Assembly (NCBI GenBank): GCA_040954595.2
Contig: CM082595.2
Location: 10,219,918 to 10,283,917, forward strand
Source: Balanoglossus misakiensis
Taxonomy: Eukaryota; Animalia; Hemichordata
DNA length: 64,000 nt
Direction: 5' to 3'
Part shown: positions 1 through 11,590 of the stretch, in pieces
Layout: each line of letters opens with the position of its first letter
Position numbering within the stretch: the stretch's first letter is position 1
Translations under genes and position numbers: made by a program
The notes under the pieces: generated by a model
What the model was told of the DNA's origin: nothing
The model's database searches: none
The model's input: only the letters and a program-made list of their open reading frames with translations

Positions 1-940
1 TACTTGGCCAGTGTTCGTTACACATCCAGGACAGTGTCAATATTTCTGTGAAAGAATAGCGGAAAACATGCGAAGCCAAGGAGCGAGCAACCAGCTGTTT
101 TCTGCAAGTCATGCCCCCCACACTGTCCACCATCATTATTCCTATATACATATTTGGCGCAGTGAGTATTGAAACATTACAGTATTTAGTGTGTTTTAAG
201 ATATCACAGATAGTTTTCACGACTTAATGTGTGGGTAGAATCACATTCGTCGAAATAACGCTGCTGCAGTCCCCTGATTCAGTCCGTAAACAAGGTAAGC
301 TTGATACATAGACGATCGACAATCAGTTTCCGCTGTTGATTTCGCCCTATCGCAACTCAGTAACTGGGGCCGAGTGATGCTCCATACATTAAAGTTCATG
401 ACTACTGACACCAATTGCAAAATATCAATGTTAAGGCGTGCTTTCAGAGAATATTCAACCAGAAAACCGACAACAATTGATGACCTCATGTGACCTTTAC
501 TGGTTGAATCAGGCGACCACTGCAGTGTGATTCCAACGTTTATGGGAAGACCACAGGGAGCTCTTCCTCCTAGAAAACGGCGTTTTCTAGGCGTTTTCTT
601 CCGTGCTAGAAAACGGCGATCGGTGCACGAGTTTTGGTCTACAGACAGAATTTTCTAGTCACTACGCAGTTGGGATAATCGCCAGCATTGCCTATGGCAA
701 TGCTAGTGAGCTGTGGTACTATGGTGTGGAGGCATCGCCGGTATCGGTAAAGGCCTAGTTACACCATAAGGAGCTGTTAACATTAAGCACTAAAGTCCCT
801 CTTTCTTGAGGAACTTTGCATTAACGCTGTTCTGATATACTTTTTTCTACAATTAACATTACTTGCTGAGCAATCTCTGTACTTGTTTATGTTTCTGTGT
901 TACCCCACACCATAGACGTAAACAGAGATACATAGACAGT

Positions 941-1602
941 AGGGCTGCATTCACAAACACCTCTGCAGGGGGGGGGGAGAATTGAGGGGGGGATTTGAAA
1001 AAAAATTGAGGGTATGTAAGGGGGGAATTTGAAATAATTTAGGGACTGAAAGGGGCGACTTGAAAACTTTGACGACTAAATATTTATTTTGAGTCCACAA
1101 AAATACAGTTTTGCGCCCTTTATTTTACAAAATTTTCTAATACCCACCCCCTCCATTCATCAACACCTTTCAATCATTGACTGGTTTAGCTAGTGTCCCT
1201 GGTCAGGGGTCTTGCCCCCACCCAATGATAACTTTGAGCGGCGACAGTTAAATTTGTCCTCCCCAACATACCGGTAGTTGAGTTAATTTGCTTTTGCCAG
1301 GTTCATTAAAATGCAGCTTTGAGCTCTGTATTTTATAAAATCCCCTTCAATTCTCGGTTTTTCAATGTCTCCCAGCACAGAATACAAATACTTAAAAAAT
1401 AAAAACAAGTTTTTCTTTTTTACAAGATAGATAGGTGATGTGTTTGGACACAATGGGGGAATTTCAAATTTTTGGCAGTTCGGAAGGGGGGATTTGAAAA
1501 TATTTCTCGTTGTGTACGGTGGGCATGTGAAATTTAGCGGTAAAAAAATTGAATTCTCTTGCCCCTGCCCCCCCTCCAGAGGTAAATCTAGAATGCAAGC
1601 TA
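941..1602. mobile_element. Degenerate MITE with G-run-rich imperfect terminal inverted repeats
   Basis: Left end GGGCTGCATTCACAAACACCTCTGCAGGGGGG mirrors right end CCCCCCTCCAGAGGTAAATCTAGAATGCAAGC. No clear TSD. Confidence 0.45.
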
Positions 1603-1838
1603 TCAAATTTCCAATAAATATGGTTATGTAGAGAGAGACTTTGTCCTTTTAATTCAAATTTATTTACACAAAACTTGAGTTTACAAGGAAATATTAAGGA
1701 ATACTTTATTTGTCGTTTCCCAGGGTCTGGCCCTACAGCTATTTCTTAGTTCGGGAAATAACAAATTAACACAATTTTCGTATTTTCAGATGTCAAAATT
1801 TATTCAATCTAGGTGAACTGGCAACGCGGGGCAACAGC

Positions 1839-1911
1839 TAGCTCTGCGTACAGGTCTGTGTGTTCCCGGCGTTACACGGCCTCCACGCCAAGAACACTGT
1901 ACGCAGAGCTA
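1839..1911. mobile_element. Mini inverted-repeat element with TAG...CTA termini (Academ-like ends)
   Basis: Perfect 15-bp TIR TAGCTCTGCGTACAG / CTGTACGCAGAGCTA. No TSD seen. Confidence 0.4.
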
Positions 1912-2166
1912 GGCTATACCATAGCAAGGCTGGCGATTACACCAACTGGTAGTGGTTTTGAGTGGTTTGACTAGAAAATTCTGTCTGTAGACCAAAACTC
2001 GTGCACCGATCGTCGTTTTCGAGCACACTGCATTTATATTAGACAGCAAATCGCCCCAAAACGTCTCACAACTTGTACAACGGCCCCTTTTTGAACTTTA
2101 TGCAGCGAGAAAGACATGCTCAGCCGCCGCCATCTTGATTTACGCGGAAAGGATTCTAAGGGCAAT

Positions 2167-2500
2167 ATTAATTCGACACAACGTAAAATAATTCGACACA
2201 ACACGTGAAATTAATTTGACCAAACAGGTGATATTAATTCGACACTACACGTGAAATTAATTCGACACAACACGTAAAATTAATTCGACACTACACCTGT
2301 AATTAATTCGATTGTACACGTAAAAATTATTTGAGATATTGTTGGCAAAATTATTTCTAACAAAGATAAGCTAAAATAATTATTTAGAACACATAAAATG
2401 ATTTCTGCATGACTACAAAAGATAATTAAAGCACATAAAAAATAATTCTACATACTGGTAAAATTAATTCCAGGCTTTATAAAATTAATTCTAACATGTT
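2167..2500 (+). repeat. Decaying ~23-bp minisatellite
   Basis: Tandem units like AATTAATTCGACACAACACGTGA that degrade towards the right. Confidence 0.8.
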
Positions 2501-3937
2501 TTAGTAATAAACTACAATTTTGACCAGAACAGGCCCCATAGATACCGGTAGTACATGTTACTTTGGGTGTTTTTCTCAATGTTTATAATGTGTTTTCATT
2601 GCCTGTTCTACTTGTGTCTGAACATATTTCAAGCTTCATTAGCTGTACAACTTTTCACTTTGTTTTCAATATTTTTGTTTTAAGTATTTACTGCAGTGTC
2701 TTCTTCAGATCCCTGAATCATGATGAAATATAGGTGTGTCTAGTCAGTATTGTTATTCTAAATTTGAATTCAAGTCTGGACTAGAATTCATTTAAATAGC
2801 CGTTACACACATACAGATTATGTTGACAAGTGGAGTTCTGGGTAGAGCATATGTTACAGTTAATGTCCCTTTAAATATCACATGCATACATGTGTCTAGT
2901 TTTGTACATGCAACTCATATGTATGTCATATTTATTGATTGACTGTCAAATATCCTCCTGTTGTTTGATTAAATGTAAATATTGTATGTTGTAGAAAGCA
3001 CAATTCTCCTAGTTCCATAGATATCAGTGCTCATTTTAAAGCTAAAAGTGACATTTTCAACACTAAATGCAAGGAAATGTAACTAAATATTTTAATTTTG
3101 CAGTCAAAATGCAACACAGTCAGCTCCGAACTGCATTTAAAATCCAAACACATGGTGTTATATTCTTGGTAATAAGCAAAGATCTGTATCCTATCCACAA
3201 AGTATATATCATACACACAGTATTATCTTAATGCAGTTTATGAAATTGCTAGAAACATTGTAATATTTGGATGATATTTAAAGAAAAGTAATTATATTTA
3301 TATTAACAGTATGTAAAAGTTACGAAGATTTAGCGTTGAATGATGATGTGATGTCTGTAAGAGCTGTTCCAATACATGGTGAGTGAATTTCAAAAACCTT
3401 TTGTTCAATCAACCTTTCTACTGTCCTGTGATTCCAAAAGTAATTGAAATATCATTACACATGTATCTGTATATAGTGCAGACTGTAAATAGAGCACACT
3501 CTGGAAAAGAGTTATGTAATTAATATCTCTATCATGTGAGTGACATCATTTTAAGGGCCACTGACATGACAATTTGCTAGGGGGTGCCAACATCTCAACA
3601 GGGGGTGAATCCTTCCAGGCCATGTCTGGGTGATTGATTGATTGATTCATTCATCCATTAAGTCAGTCAGTCAGTCAGTCAGTCATATTAATTAATTCAT
3701 TAATAATAAACGATATAGCTAGCCAAATGTTATAGGAATGGGCTAACACCCTTGTCATATAAACTTTGGCGAAGCGATCCAAAGCTCAGCTAAGGTAGAT
3801 GGGGGGGGGACCTGAATCACATGCCCCATCATAATGAAAGCTACCAACCCTCTTAGAATGATACTACGGCCTATACGTTGATCACCTGATCGCATCATTC
3901 TGTCACACTTGGCAATGGGTTACTGTTCATGTATGAT

Positions 3938-4054
3938 AAAGGGGTTATTACACTAAGTTTGGTCGATAACGTGATGCATCCTCGTGATGTCCATAATACG
4001 GACATCACTCAAATATGATGCGTTATCAGCAAAACTTAGTGTAATAACCCTTAA
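3938..4054. mobile_element. Short palindromic MITE
   Basis: GGGTTATTACACTAAGTTT...AAACTTAGTGTAATAACCC inverted arms. Absent from copy 2. Confidence 0.55.
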
Positions 4055-4101
4055 GTAACACCCTCTTATTTTAAAGAACACTCATTATGGAAGCCCATTA
4101 A

Positions 4102-4186
4102 CCCTTTCACAACCAAGGTTCAGTCTAAACCCATTGTTATCTATGAAAAGGTTCAACCTGTATAGAAGGAACTGGGGGTGAAAGGG
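4102..4186. mobile_element. piggyBac-like MITE
   Basis: TTAA-CCCTTTCAC...GTGAAAGGG-TTAA: CCC termini with TTAA TSD. Confidence 0.7.
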
Positions 4187-4350
4187 TTAAAGGGACATTG
4201 TCTCAGTTTTGTCCTTTGACTCACTGGCTTTTATTAGAGGTTCCTACCTTTAAATGTTTCATAAAATGTTTAACAAAATCTGTCTACAATCGGAGTAGAC
4301 ATTGTTTACATACACCTTTTGTTAAATAATTGTACTGTGTTGTATTTCAG

Positions 4351-4449
4351 ATTTTTGTCAGGAGCAGGTGAGAAATACAGTATGATTTCTGAAGGTCTGA
4401 GTACTGCATTGCAGTTATTTGACGATATGAAGAGTTTACGATATTCAAG
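4351..4449 (+). pseudogene. MED25: Mediator subunit 25 VWA-domain exon (pseudogene fragment, copy 1)
   Basis: AG/GT-flanked 99-bp exon encoding [30 protein letters not shown], matching the MED25 VWA segment as I recall it ([30 protein letters not shown]). Confidence 0.85.
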
Positions 4450-4649
4450 GTAATTATGGTAAAATTCTGAGGTTAAAGATCATTCTCTAGTTATAGCCCC
4501 CACTTTTTGAGGTGGTTTATCTGTATGTAAAGCTCACCATGTCAACCAGGAAATGATTCCATACCGACAGTAAAGTACAACTCACGTGTAAAGTACATTG
4601 AAACCTGCCTAGTAAGGGCACCTCTGGGATCACACAACATGTCCTTTAA

Positions 4650-5004
4650 GGGTTACAGGCTCTCTCTCCCGCTCGCTGCCCTTTATTCCATTAATTATAT
4701 TTGTTACAAGACACTATTTATGTTATTCTACATGTGGATATATAGTGAATCAACATTCAACCACACACAAAGTATATACTGCTTGTGGACATGAGAGTGA
4801 AAAAACTCGCCAAAATGAATAATCAGTCTCTACCATTTATTCGTTTTGGGTGAGTTTTTACTCCCATATCATACACGCGGGATGGAAGTTGTGTATGGTT
4901 GAACGTTCATTCACTACATATACACATGTACATTAACATAAACAGTGTCTTGTATCAAACATTATTAATGGAAAAATGGGCAGCGAGAGAGAGACTTTGT
5001 CCCT
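4650..5004. mobile_element. TTAA-flanked long-palindromic MITE (Kolobok-like); other copies at ~35000-35530 and ~55862-56200, fragment at ~1630
   Basis: Arms ending GGCAGCGAGAGAGAGACTTTGTCCCT-TTAA, with TTAA on both sides. Confidence 0.65.
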
Positions 5005-5895
5005 TTAATAGAGAGGTGTCCTTAATAGAAATGTGCATGTAATATTCTATTCAAGCCATTACTTTTGTCTTGAACAATCTATCCTTAAAGGGGAAATCCG
5101 GTCCAGGTAATTTCTACATAATTTGGTAGCTTTGAGGTCACTCTTTCAGAAAAAAAAATATTCGTCATGTATAAGTCGTCAGATTGTTTTACAAAATCGA
5201 GGGAAAGTTGGCAGAATTTCTAATATGGCGTTTACTGTAATTTGAATCATGGGAAAAAAAGCACCAGGACCAACTTCCACCCACCTTGGTGTGGGTGATA
5301 CCATTTTCCAATGGGTGTAACTGCGTGACTGCTTGGGTATCTGTTGCTAAGCAAATATTTGAAATCATAAAATCCAGATTCTAAAGTTCAAAGGACAAAT
5401 ATACAACTTGTTTACATGGCCATTGACAACCAATTCATCATATTGTGGTGATGTAGAACACCTTTTTTGTGGTTGTTAAAATTTTCATTACCCTAAATCG
5501 GTACTTCCGTAAAATGGTTGTAATATTTTTATTAATATTTATTACACATCACATATTATTATTCGCTCTTGGTTGGCTAATACTAAATATGCCAGAACTT
5601 CATGACCTCTGCACACGATCTGAGGCTTACAGAAGTTATTTCGCGAGTGATGCAGTGTATTCAGTTGCAGTACTTGCACAAGCCAAGCCTATTATTCCCC
5701 ATCATTTCAATGCGTGGCCAATGAATTACACATCCTCCTGAAAATTGTTGGAAGGTGGGCAATCAGTTTCCATGGTTAAATCCTGGATGAAACACTGGTA
5801 CAGGTTCAAGACAAGTTTCGTGACATTGTGTGAATCCACAGCAGAATTTTACATCAACTCTATAATCCTCCATTTTTGTAATGATTGTGTTTCAG

Positions 5896-6081
5896 AAAAA
5901 TCTGTGTCTAGTGGTGATACGAAAGAGGATGCCATAGTGAAACCTACAACCATAGCAACCACTACAACCACTACCACAACACATCCACGGAAACCTGCAT
6001 CAACAGTTACCATGGTTACAGGGCCTACCTCTGGTATGACCTCAAATCCTCTCAAATCAACTGTTGGAAGATCATCTCCAG
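5896..6081 (+). pseudogene. MED25: Ser/Thr-rich linker exon, probably MED25
   Basis: 186-bp phase 1-1 exon (ttcag|...|gtaaag) encoding EKSVSSGDTKEDAIVKPTTIATTTT...SSP, located between MED25 exons. Confidence 0.55.
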
Positions 6082-6570
6082 GTAAAGTCTCCAGTGTTGC
6101 TTCCCAGCCATTGTCAAATTAAGTCCGCACATAATTACACCTCCAAGTGAAGTGTGATATATAGTAGAATTATGTAAAGCTGCTCTGCCAAGGTATGTTT
6201 ATTTCAGGCAGGGGCACCTCCTGAAAAAAACATCACTTAGCCTCATGGGCTTTAATCAGATGTATCCTAAGTTGTAACAAGTGGGAAGCACTTATAGGCT
6301 GACCAAGTCAAATCAAGTTGCAGGTTTTAATGACTTTCCCAGGCACTGGTTATTTTAATTACCCAAGTTATAATTACTTATCACCCAATACTCATGCAGT
6401 CTGATTTACTCTGTCAAAGTACCCTATGGGATATCCATGACAGATTGCAACAAATCCAGACTTGGTAGTTAAGTGTGGTATACCCATGGTAGCTTACTGT
6501 GTATGAAAACCATGAGAAAGATTACTATGATTCAGTTACGCCATCTTGTATTTGTATATGCCTTGAGTAG

Positions 6571-6821
6571 CATCTGTCACATGTCACCTGGACAACCAAG
6601 TCAAATTGGAAGTCAGTCTCCACAAAAAACTGTCGTCCTCTCAACAGAAACTGACTCAACCAAGTCAGCCCCAGATGCAGGGCCAAGTTCAAAGGACATC
6701 AATGCCTTCTGCCCAGCCTACCGCTTTTCCAAACCAACCAGTATCCACTGTCACAGCAAGCAGGACACATCCCAATGTGACTGTTTCAAGTATCTCCATG
6801 AGACAATTTTCATCCACCCAG
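6571..6821 (+). pseudogene. MED25: Gln/Pro/Ser-rich frameshifted exon, probably MED25
   Basis: MSPGQPSQIGSQSPQK shifts frame at an A-run into ...QPSQPQMQGQVQ...FSSTQ|gt. The 5' boundary is uncertain. Confidence 0.5.
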
Positions 6822-7252
6822 GTACACTTGTGGTCTATCTTCTACTTTATGAGATTTAAATTAGCTGTTTCTAGTTACCCATCCTGTGAATTGAAAGCTT
6901 TTTTTGACTGTTTCACATAGCCTTGTCTTACCATTGCCTTTAAAGTAGACTATTTTTTTCAAAACACATTCAAAACTTCTGTTTTGGTTGCTAGAAGCCC
7001 ACTCTGTCAATGCAAAGACTTATTTGGATAATGCCACAGACTCAGAGATCAATTCCAATTTTAATGAGATTAATGTGAAAAGCCTAAACCCAATCCTGTC
7101 CAAATGTCGGTGTGTGTGTTGAAAATGGGACTTCAAGAGTTGCAAGTTCAACATCGAATTAAAAATTGGAAGTCATGAATTAAACATGGTGGTTTGAATA
7201 CTGGCCTTGATAATGCTCCATACTAACTAGGTTTGTTACTCTTTTTGGACAG

Positions 7253-7433
7253 GCAATTTCACCACCAAAGATGACTTCCCAGCAGGCACCAGCTGCTGCA
7301 CTGAAAGCCGTAGAAGGTATCATGCAAATGGCAAATGCTAGTCAGTTCAGTAAGACTCCACCAATTGCTGATGTGAATCCTATCAACTCCAAACCCTAGA
7401 GATGGTCAGGTACTGATTCACAGCCACAAAGAG
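7253..7433 (+). pseudogene. MED25: MED25 linker exon with premature stop
   Basis: ag|AISPPKMTSQQAPAAALKAVEGIMQM...KP*RW...|gtagg; resembles the AQVAAQNAVEAA motif of MED25; in-frame TAG. Confidence 0.55.
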
Positions 7434-7440
7434 GTAGGTA

Positions 7441-7602
7441 CAGTCAAACCTGTCTATACTGGCCAGTCAAGGGACTTTCCTAAACTGGCATTTATAGACA
7501 GGTGGCTTCTATAGACGGGTCAATTAATGTGCAATGTACATGTACATGAATTGAAACAAAGTGGCCACTATATAGTGGTGGAAACAAACACAGATTTGAC
7601 TG
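7441..7602. mobile_element. Tc1/mariner-like MITE
   Basis: TA-CAGTCAAACCTGT...AGATTTGACTG termini. Confidence 0.6.
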
Positions 7603-8235
7603 TCAAATATGTTATGTTGCCACTGCAGTCATTTCGATTGGTTTGATTATACTTTGCCAAAACCTGAGGAAAAAAATATTCAAGTTCCCCTTTTCATATT
7701 CTCCTATCAATGGTATAATACGCCAATGTCATGGTAAAATTTTGGTGACATTTTCTGCTAACTGCTAAAGGCAAATTAACATTTGTTTTTTTTTTTCAGT
7801 ATTTTTCACTGAAGGAATTAACCCTAGTTTCTTGTTCAGCTCTGGATAGCTTTATGAAATGTTCAGTCTTTAGCTTTTCAACAGAACTTGTACATGAGTA
7901 ATGGGCATTGTGTATATTAAATGAACTCAGACTAGAATTTATTTTTCAACAATAACAATGTTGAACAATATGTAGAACACCATTGTTTGAAAACCAAACT
8001 CTGAGTACCTTGATCGTGCCATCTGTTCAACCGTGTCATTAGTTCGACCTTCCACTATTCTTTCGATAATTAATTATTCTATAACCTCGAAGTGTTGGAC
8101 CAGTGCGTAATTGCCTACTGTGAATTTCCAGCCATTTGTTTCTGGTTGAATTATTGGCGTGATTACGGTAATTCTTAATGTTTTACAGAGTAGAATAAGA
8201 CATCACGGCTGATATCCAAAGTTAATGTTGGAGTT

Positions 8236-8554
8236 ATTTAAGCAATAAAACACTCCCAGCCATGGTATATCACGAGATTTTGACCAGTTCATGACATATA
8301 CGCACGAGTGATAGCGAGTGCGTATATGGAGTTGAACTGGTCAAAATCGAGTGGTATACCATGGCTGGAGGTGTTTTATTGCTATTATATCATGCCAGTA
8401 TATTGAAACTTTGCATAAAACATTTTAAAAAGGCATTTTCTTTGACTATGATAAATAACTGTGGTATATGACTAATATATCACAGTCACGTGTCGTGTCT
8501 CGACCAATAAAATAGCGTGATTTACACCATCAATATACTGGTATACTATAATAA
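8236..8554 (+). mobile_element. Hairpin-headed non-autonomous element (Crypton-like), family 1
   Basis: ~150-bp terminal hairpin (AGCAATAAAACAC...GTGTTTTATTGCT), then a second inverted pair CCAGTATATTGA / TCAATATACTGG at the far end. No TSD. Confidence 0.6.
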
Positions 8555-8585
8555 CGATTTAATACTACTCTGTTTACTTATGCAG

Positions 8586-8727
8586 TCATCGATGCAAACA
8601 GGAGTGCAGTCAACACAACCGACAGTACCTAATGTGAGCTGCTAGCAAGAATCCACCTGTCACCACTGGCACCAATGTTGTTCGAACTCTGACACAGCCA
8701 CAAGTACATGTACAAAACCAGTCATTG
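8586..8727 (+). pseudogene. Degenerate Gln/Thr/Pro-rich exon, probably MED25
   Basis: gcag|SSMQTGVQSTQPTVPNVSC*...NPPVTTGTNVVRTLTQPQVHVQNQSL|gtatgt, with a stop/frameshift. Confidence 0.4.
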
Positions 8728-9178
8728 GTATGTTATGTTATGAACTGAGTTATAATACCATCTATCCCTTTTGCCTGGCAAGTGACATTTTATCACTTTT
8801 CAGTATTTTAATAGAACTGCATTTGTATAATTTGTTACCTAACATGACATCAGAAGATGGCAGCTTGATGTCTTAACTGAGGACATTGGATGACCAGTAG
8901 ATAAAGATTTTCTTTGATATCAATGACATCAGACGCAGTTCCGTTGGCATTCAAATTTCCAGCTAACGGGGAATTTCAGCAATGTGGTGCAAATGACGAC
9001 TGTGCAGACGAATGCCAAGATGCTGTTGAGGCACCATGACTGATACATGTTACCTGTCTGGTGGTTCTAAAGTATAAACACATATGGAAAAATATTATAC
9101 GGGATACCACAATATTGTTTTCCCATTACCTGGAAATGACAATGCTTTGTGTCACATGGCCAGATCATGTGATTGATA

Positions 9179-10033
9179 TTTAAGCAATAACCCCCACTGA
9201 AGGCGGGTATACACGATATTTGGGTACAATTCGAGACATATAGCACGAGCCGTCAGGCGAGTGCTATATGGAGGAAATTGTACCCAAATCAAGTGTATAC
9301 CCGACTGAGGCGGGGGTTATTGCCATTATATTATATCAACAATTGTTTTTGTGGCATATCAGTGTCATTTTCTTACCGAAACTGAAATTACGATCGTGAA
9401 CTAACATGACGACGATGAATGTAAACACGAGCGGCCGGGATCGAGCATTAAACATGAAGCAGACGACAAAAAGTGACAAGACGGGCATCGCGCGTGACAA
9501 AGTGACAAATATTTTCACAGAGCAGTTCCAAAATGAAACATCTGTTCATTCAACAGTATTTTTGTTTTATTTATTTGATTTAAACATGCGCGACTGTGGT
9601 TTAACCGCACATTTTTGCTGCCATATGCTAGTTCAGCAGTGCATTATTGAGTATTATATTATACCAGTATATTGATGGTGTAAATCACGCTATTTGATTG
9701 GTCGAGACACGACACGTGACCGTGATATATTAGCAATATACCACAGTCATATATCATAGTCAAAGAAAATGCCTTTTTAAAATGTTTTATGCAAAGTTTC
9801 AATATAACGGCATAATATAATAGCAATAAAACACCCCCAGCCATGGTATACCACTCGATTTTGATCAGTTCAACTCCATATACGCACAAGCGATAGCAAG
9901 TGCGTATATGTTGTGAACTGGTCAAAATCTCGTGGTATACCATGGCTGGGGGTGTTTTATTGCTTAATTTAGCATCGCTGGATTGAGCTCTCATCCAATC
10001 AGAATTGTGGACGGTAGCATGATATAATATAAT
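9179..10033 (+). mobile_element. Hairpin-headed non-autonomous element (Crypton-like), family 2, with a reversed family-1 copy nested at ~9652-9968
   Basis: Hairpin GCAATAACCCCC...GGGGGTTATTGC with apex CACGAGCCGTCAGGCGAGTG; distal pair TTATATCA / TGATATATAA. The nested copy is the reverse complement of 8236-8554. Confidence 0.6.
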
Positions 10034-10074
10034 ACAGAATTATTTACAGTCATGATTTGTATGTGTTATTACAG

Positions 10075-10243
10075 GATAATACCAGTACTTCACTACCGAT
10101 GGATCTGGACATACCAGTGCCCTCTACAGCTCAAGTGCATCAAGTTGACTCACCAGCAGCAAGTTGATCCACAACAACAAAAACAACAACAACAACAACA
10201 GCAGAAAAGTGTTGTTTGGCACGGAGCCTTGGAATGGCAAGAG
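10075..10243 (+). pseudogene. MED25: MED25 exon: polyQ plus start of the ACID/PTOV domain (frameshifted, copy 1)
   Basis: Ends QQQQKSVVWHGALEWQE|gt, matching the MED25 ACID start as I recall it (KLLAWSGVLEWQE, same exon end); internal frameshift; (CAA)n tract. Confidence 0.8.
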
Positions 10244-10628
10244 GTGTGTACAGCTCACATACAAATAACTAATTAAAACAATTGACTGTAGGTCAATGGG
10301 GTTATTGTGGTTGGATCATGTTGGATAGTGAGCATTTTTCGATAAACGATTTGATTTTTAGGGTGCTTCCAGATGTATCTTTGGAGGGTACACATTACAC
10401 AAATTATGAGCTTGGCTGAACAACGTGTGGTAGTACCCATCAAGGAAGTACACAGATTGGTCTTTCATCCAGAGGCACACAGTGTACATGCAATGCAATC
10501 ATTTCCCTTTGTATGTCTTAACAAAGCAACCTTATACGACAGAAGCAGATTTAGATAAAAAATTTCATCTGGGTGATAAACTATATAAGTCCACTGTTAC
10601 TTGGGATTTGAAACTCAATGATAATTTT

Positions 10629-11309
10629 TGTAGGATCTCTTGGCCCTACACGGACTCAATATCACTCCAAACTTCAACCACTCGAGACACTCGTACTTGT
10701 ACGTAATCCACAACCATGAATAAAGTTCGATGTTCTTTAATGCACACTGGTTTCCGAATGTTTACATAACTTTTGCGTACATACAGCGAATTACGGACAG
10801 CAAATTACGGTTCTAAATGAAATGGGACAAAAGGGAAAAATAGGAAACTCAAAGAAAGTACAATATGCGTTGTCAAATACACAAAAGTAAATTCAATAAA
10901 GTTCTAGTAAGCTTGACTGCCACGCCCTTGACTGCCACGCCCAAGAAACTACAAAACGCTGACGTGGCCGCAGTAATGACACGTCGGGAATTCACAATGA
11001 AACTACTTGCTTGAAGTCCCACGGAAGTTGCGTCCAAAAAACGGTATGCGAAAATAATTGACAAAACTTGACTCGCTTACCTCAGATAGTGACGCCTTTG
11101 GGGTGATACCGAAGCTGCTGACGTTGACTCAACGAAACGACAAAATTTAACCATACGTGTACGACGCTGAAACCCGCGTCCGTACAACACCACTTTGGAC
11201 TGAGTGCATGCGGGCAAACTTTCACCGCTACTTATATAAACCTCATTTACATAGCAGGTGGCATACAAAATGTCAGCCACCAATAGAAACGCAACAGTCA
11301 GCACTTACA
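10629..11309 (-). repeat. 3' LTR of the BEL/Pao element
   Basis: Appears identical to 17950-18630; preceded on the minus strand by the PPT-like TCTGGGGCCGGTG. Confidence 0.95.
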
Positions 11310-11590
11310 CACCGGCCCCAGAAAGCGCACTATCCAAAGAGCTTTCTCTCATGTTAAGAGTGCTGGTCTGCAATAAAACATAATAATATTAGTAATCATA
11401 TATGAACAAATAGAGTTTTCATAGACTATTGAAAATATGTTCTTGTCTATAAACAACGAAATCAAAATTGCGATTCAGCTTCTGGAATCAGTTACTAAAT
11501 GAACAATCAATTTGAACAATTATCTTCATATTAGTTACATAAATCGCTCTTCAATGAACTTCACGTTTTGTTTGTGTTTTGTTTTTAATT

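Noticed and set aside
241-560. 82-aa ORF and a coding-like stretch at the window start
   Set aside because: No recognisable motif or splice structure
2167-2500. Regularly spaced repeats resembling a CRISPR array (also 19131-19325 and 63332-63405)
   Set aside because: Units are contiguous with no unique spacers, there are no cas genes, and the context is eukaryotic
10873-11357. Duplicated 63-75 aa ORFs also at 18194-18720
   Set aside because: They lie within the two LTRs and are duplicated only because the LTRs are; no protein motifs
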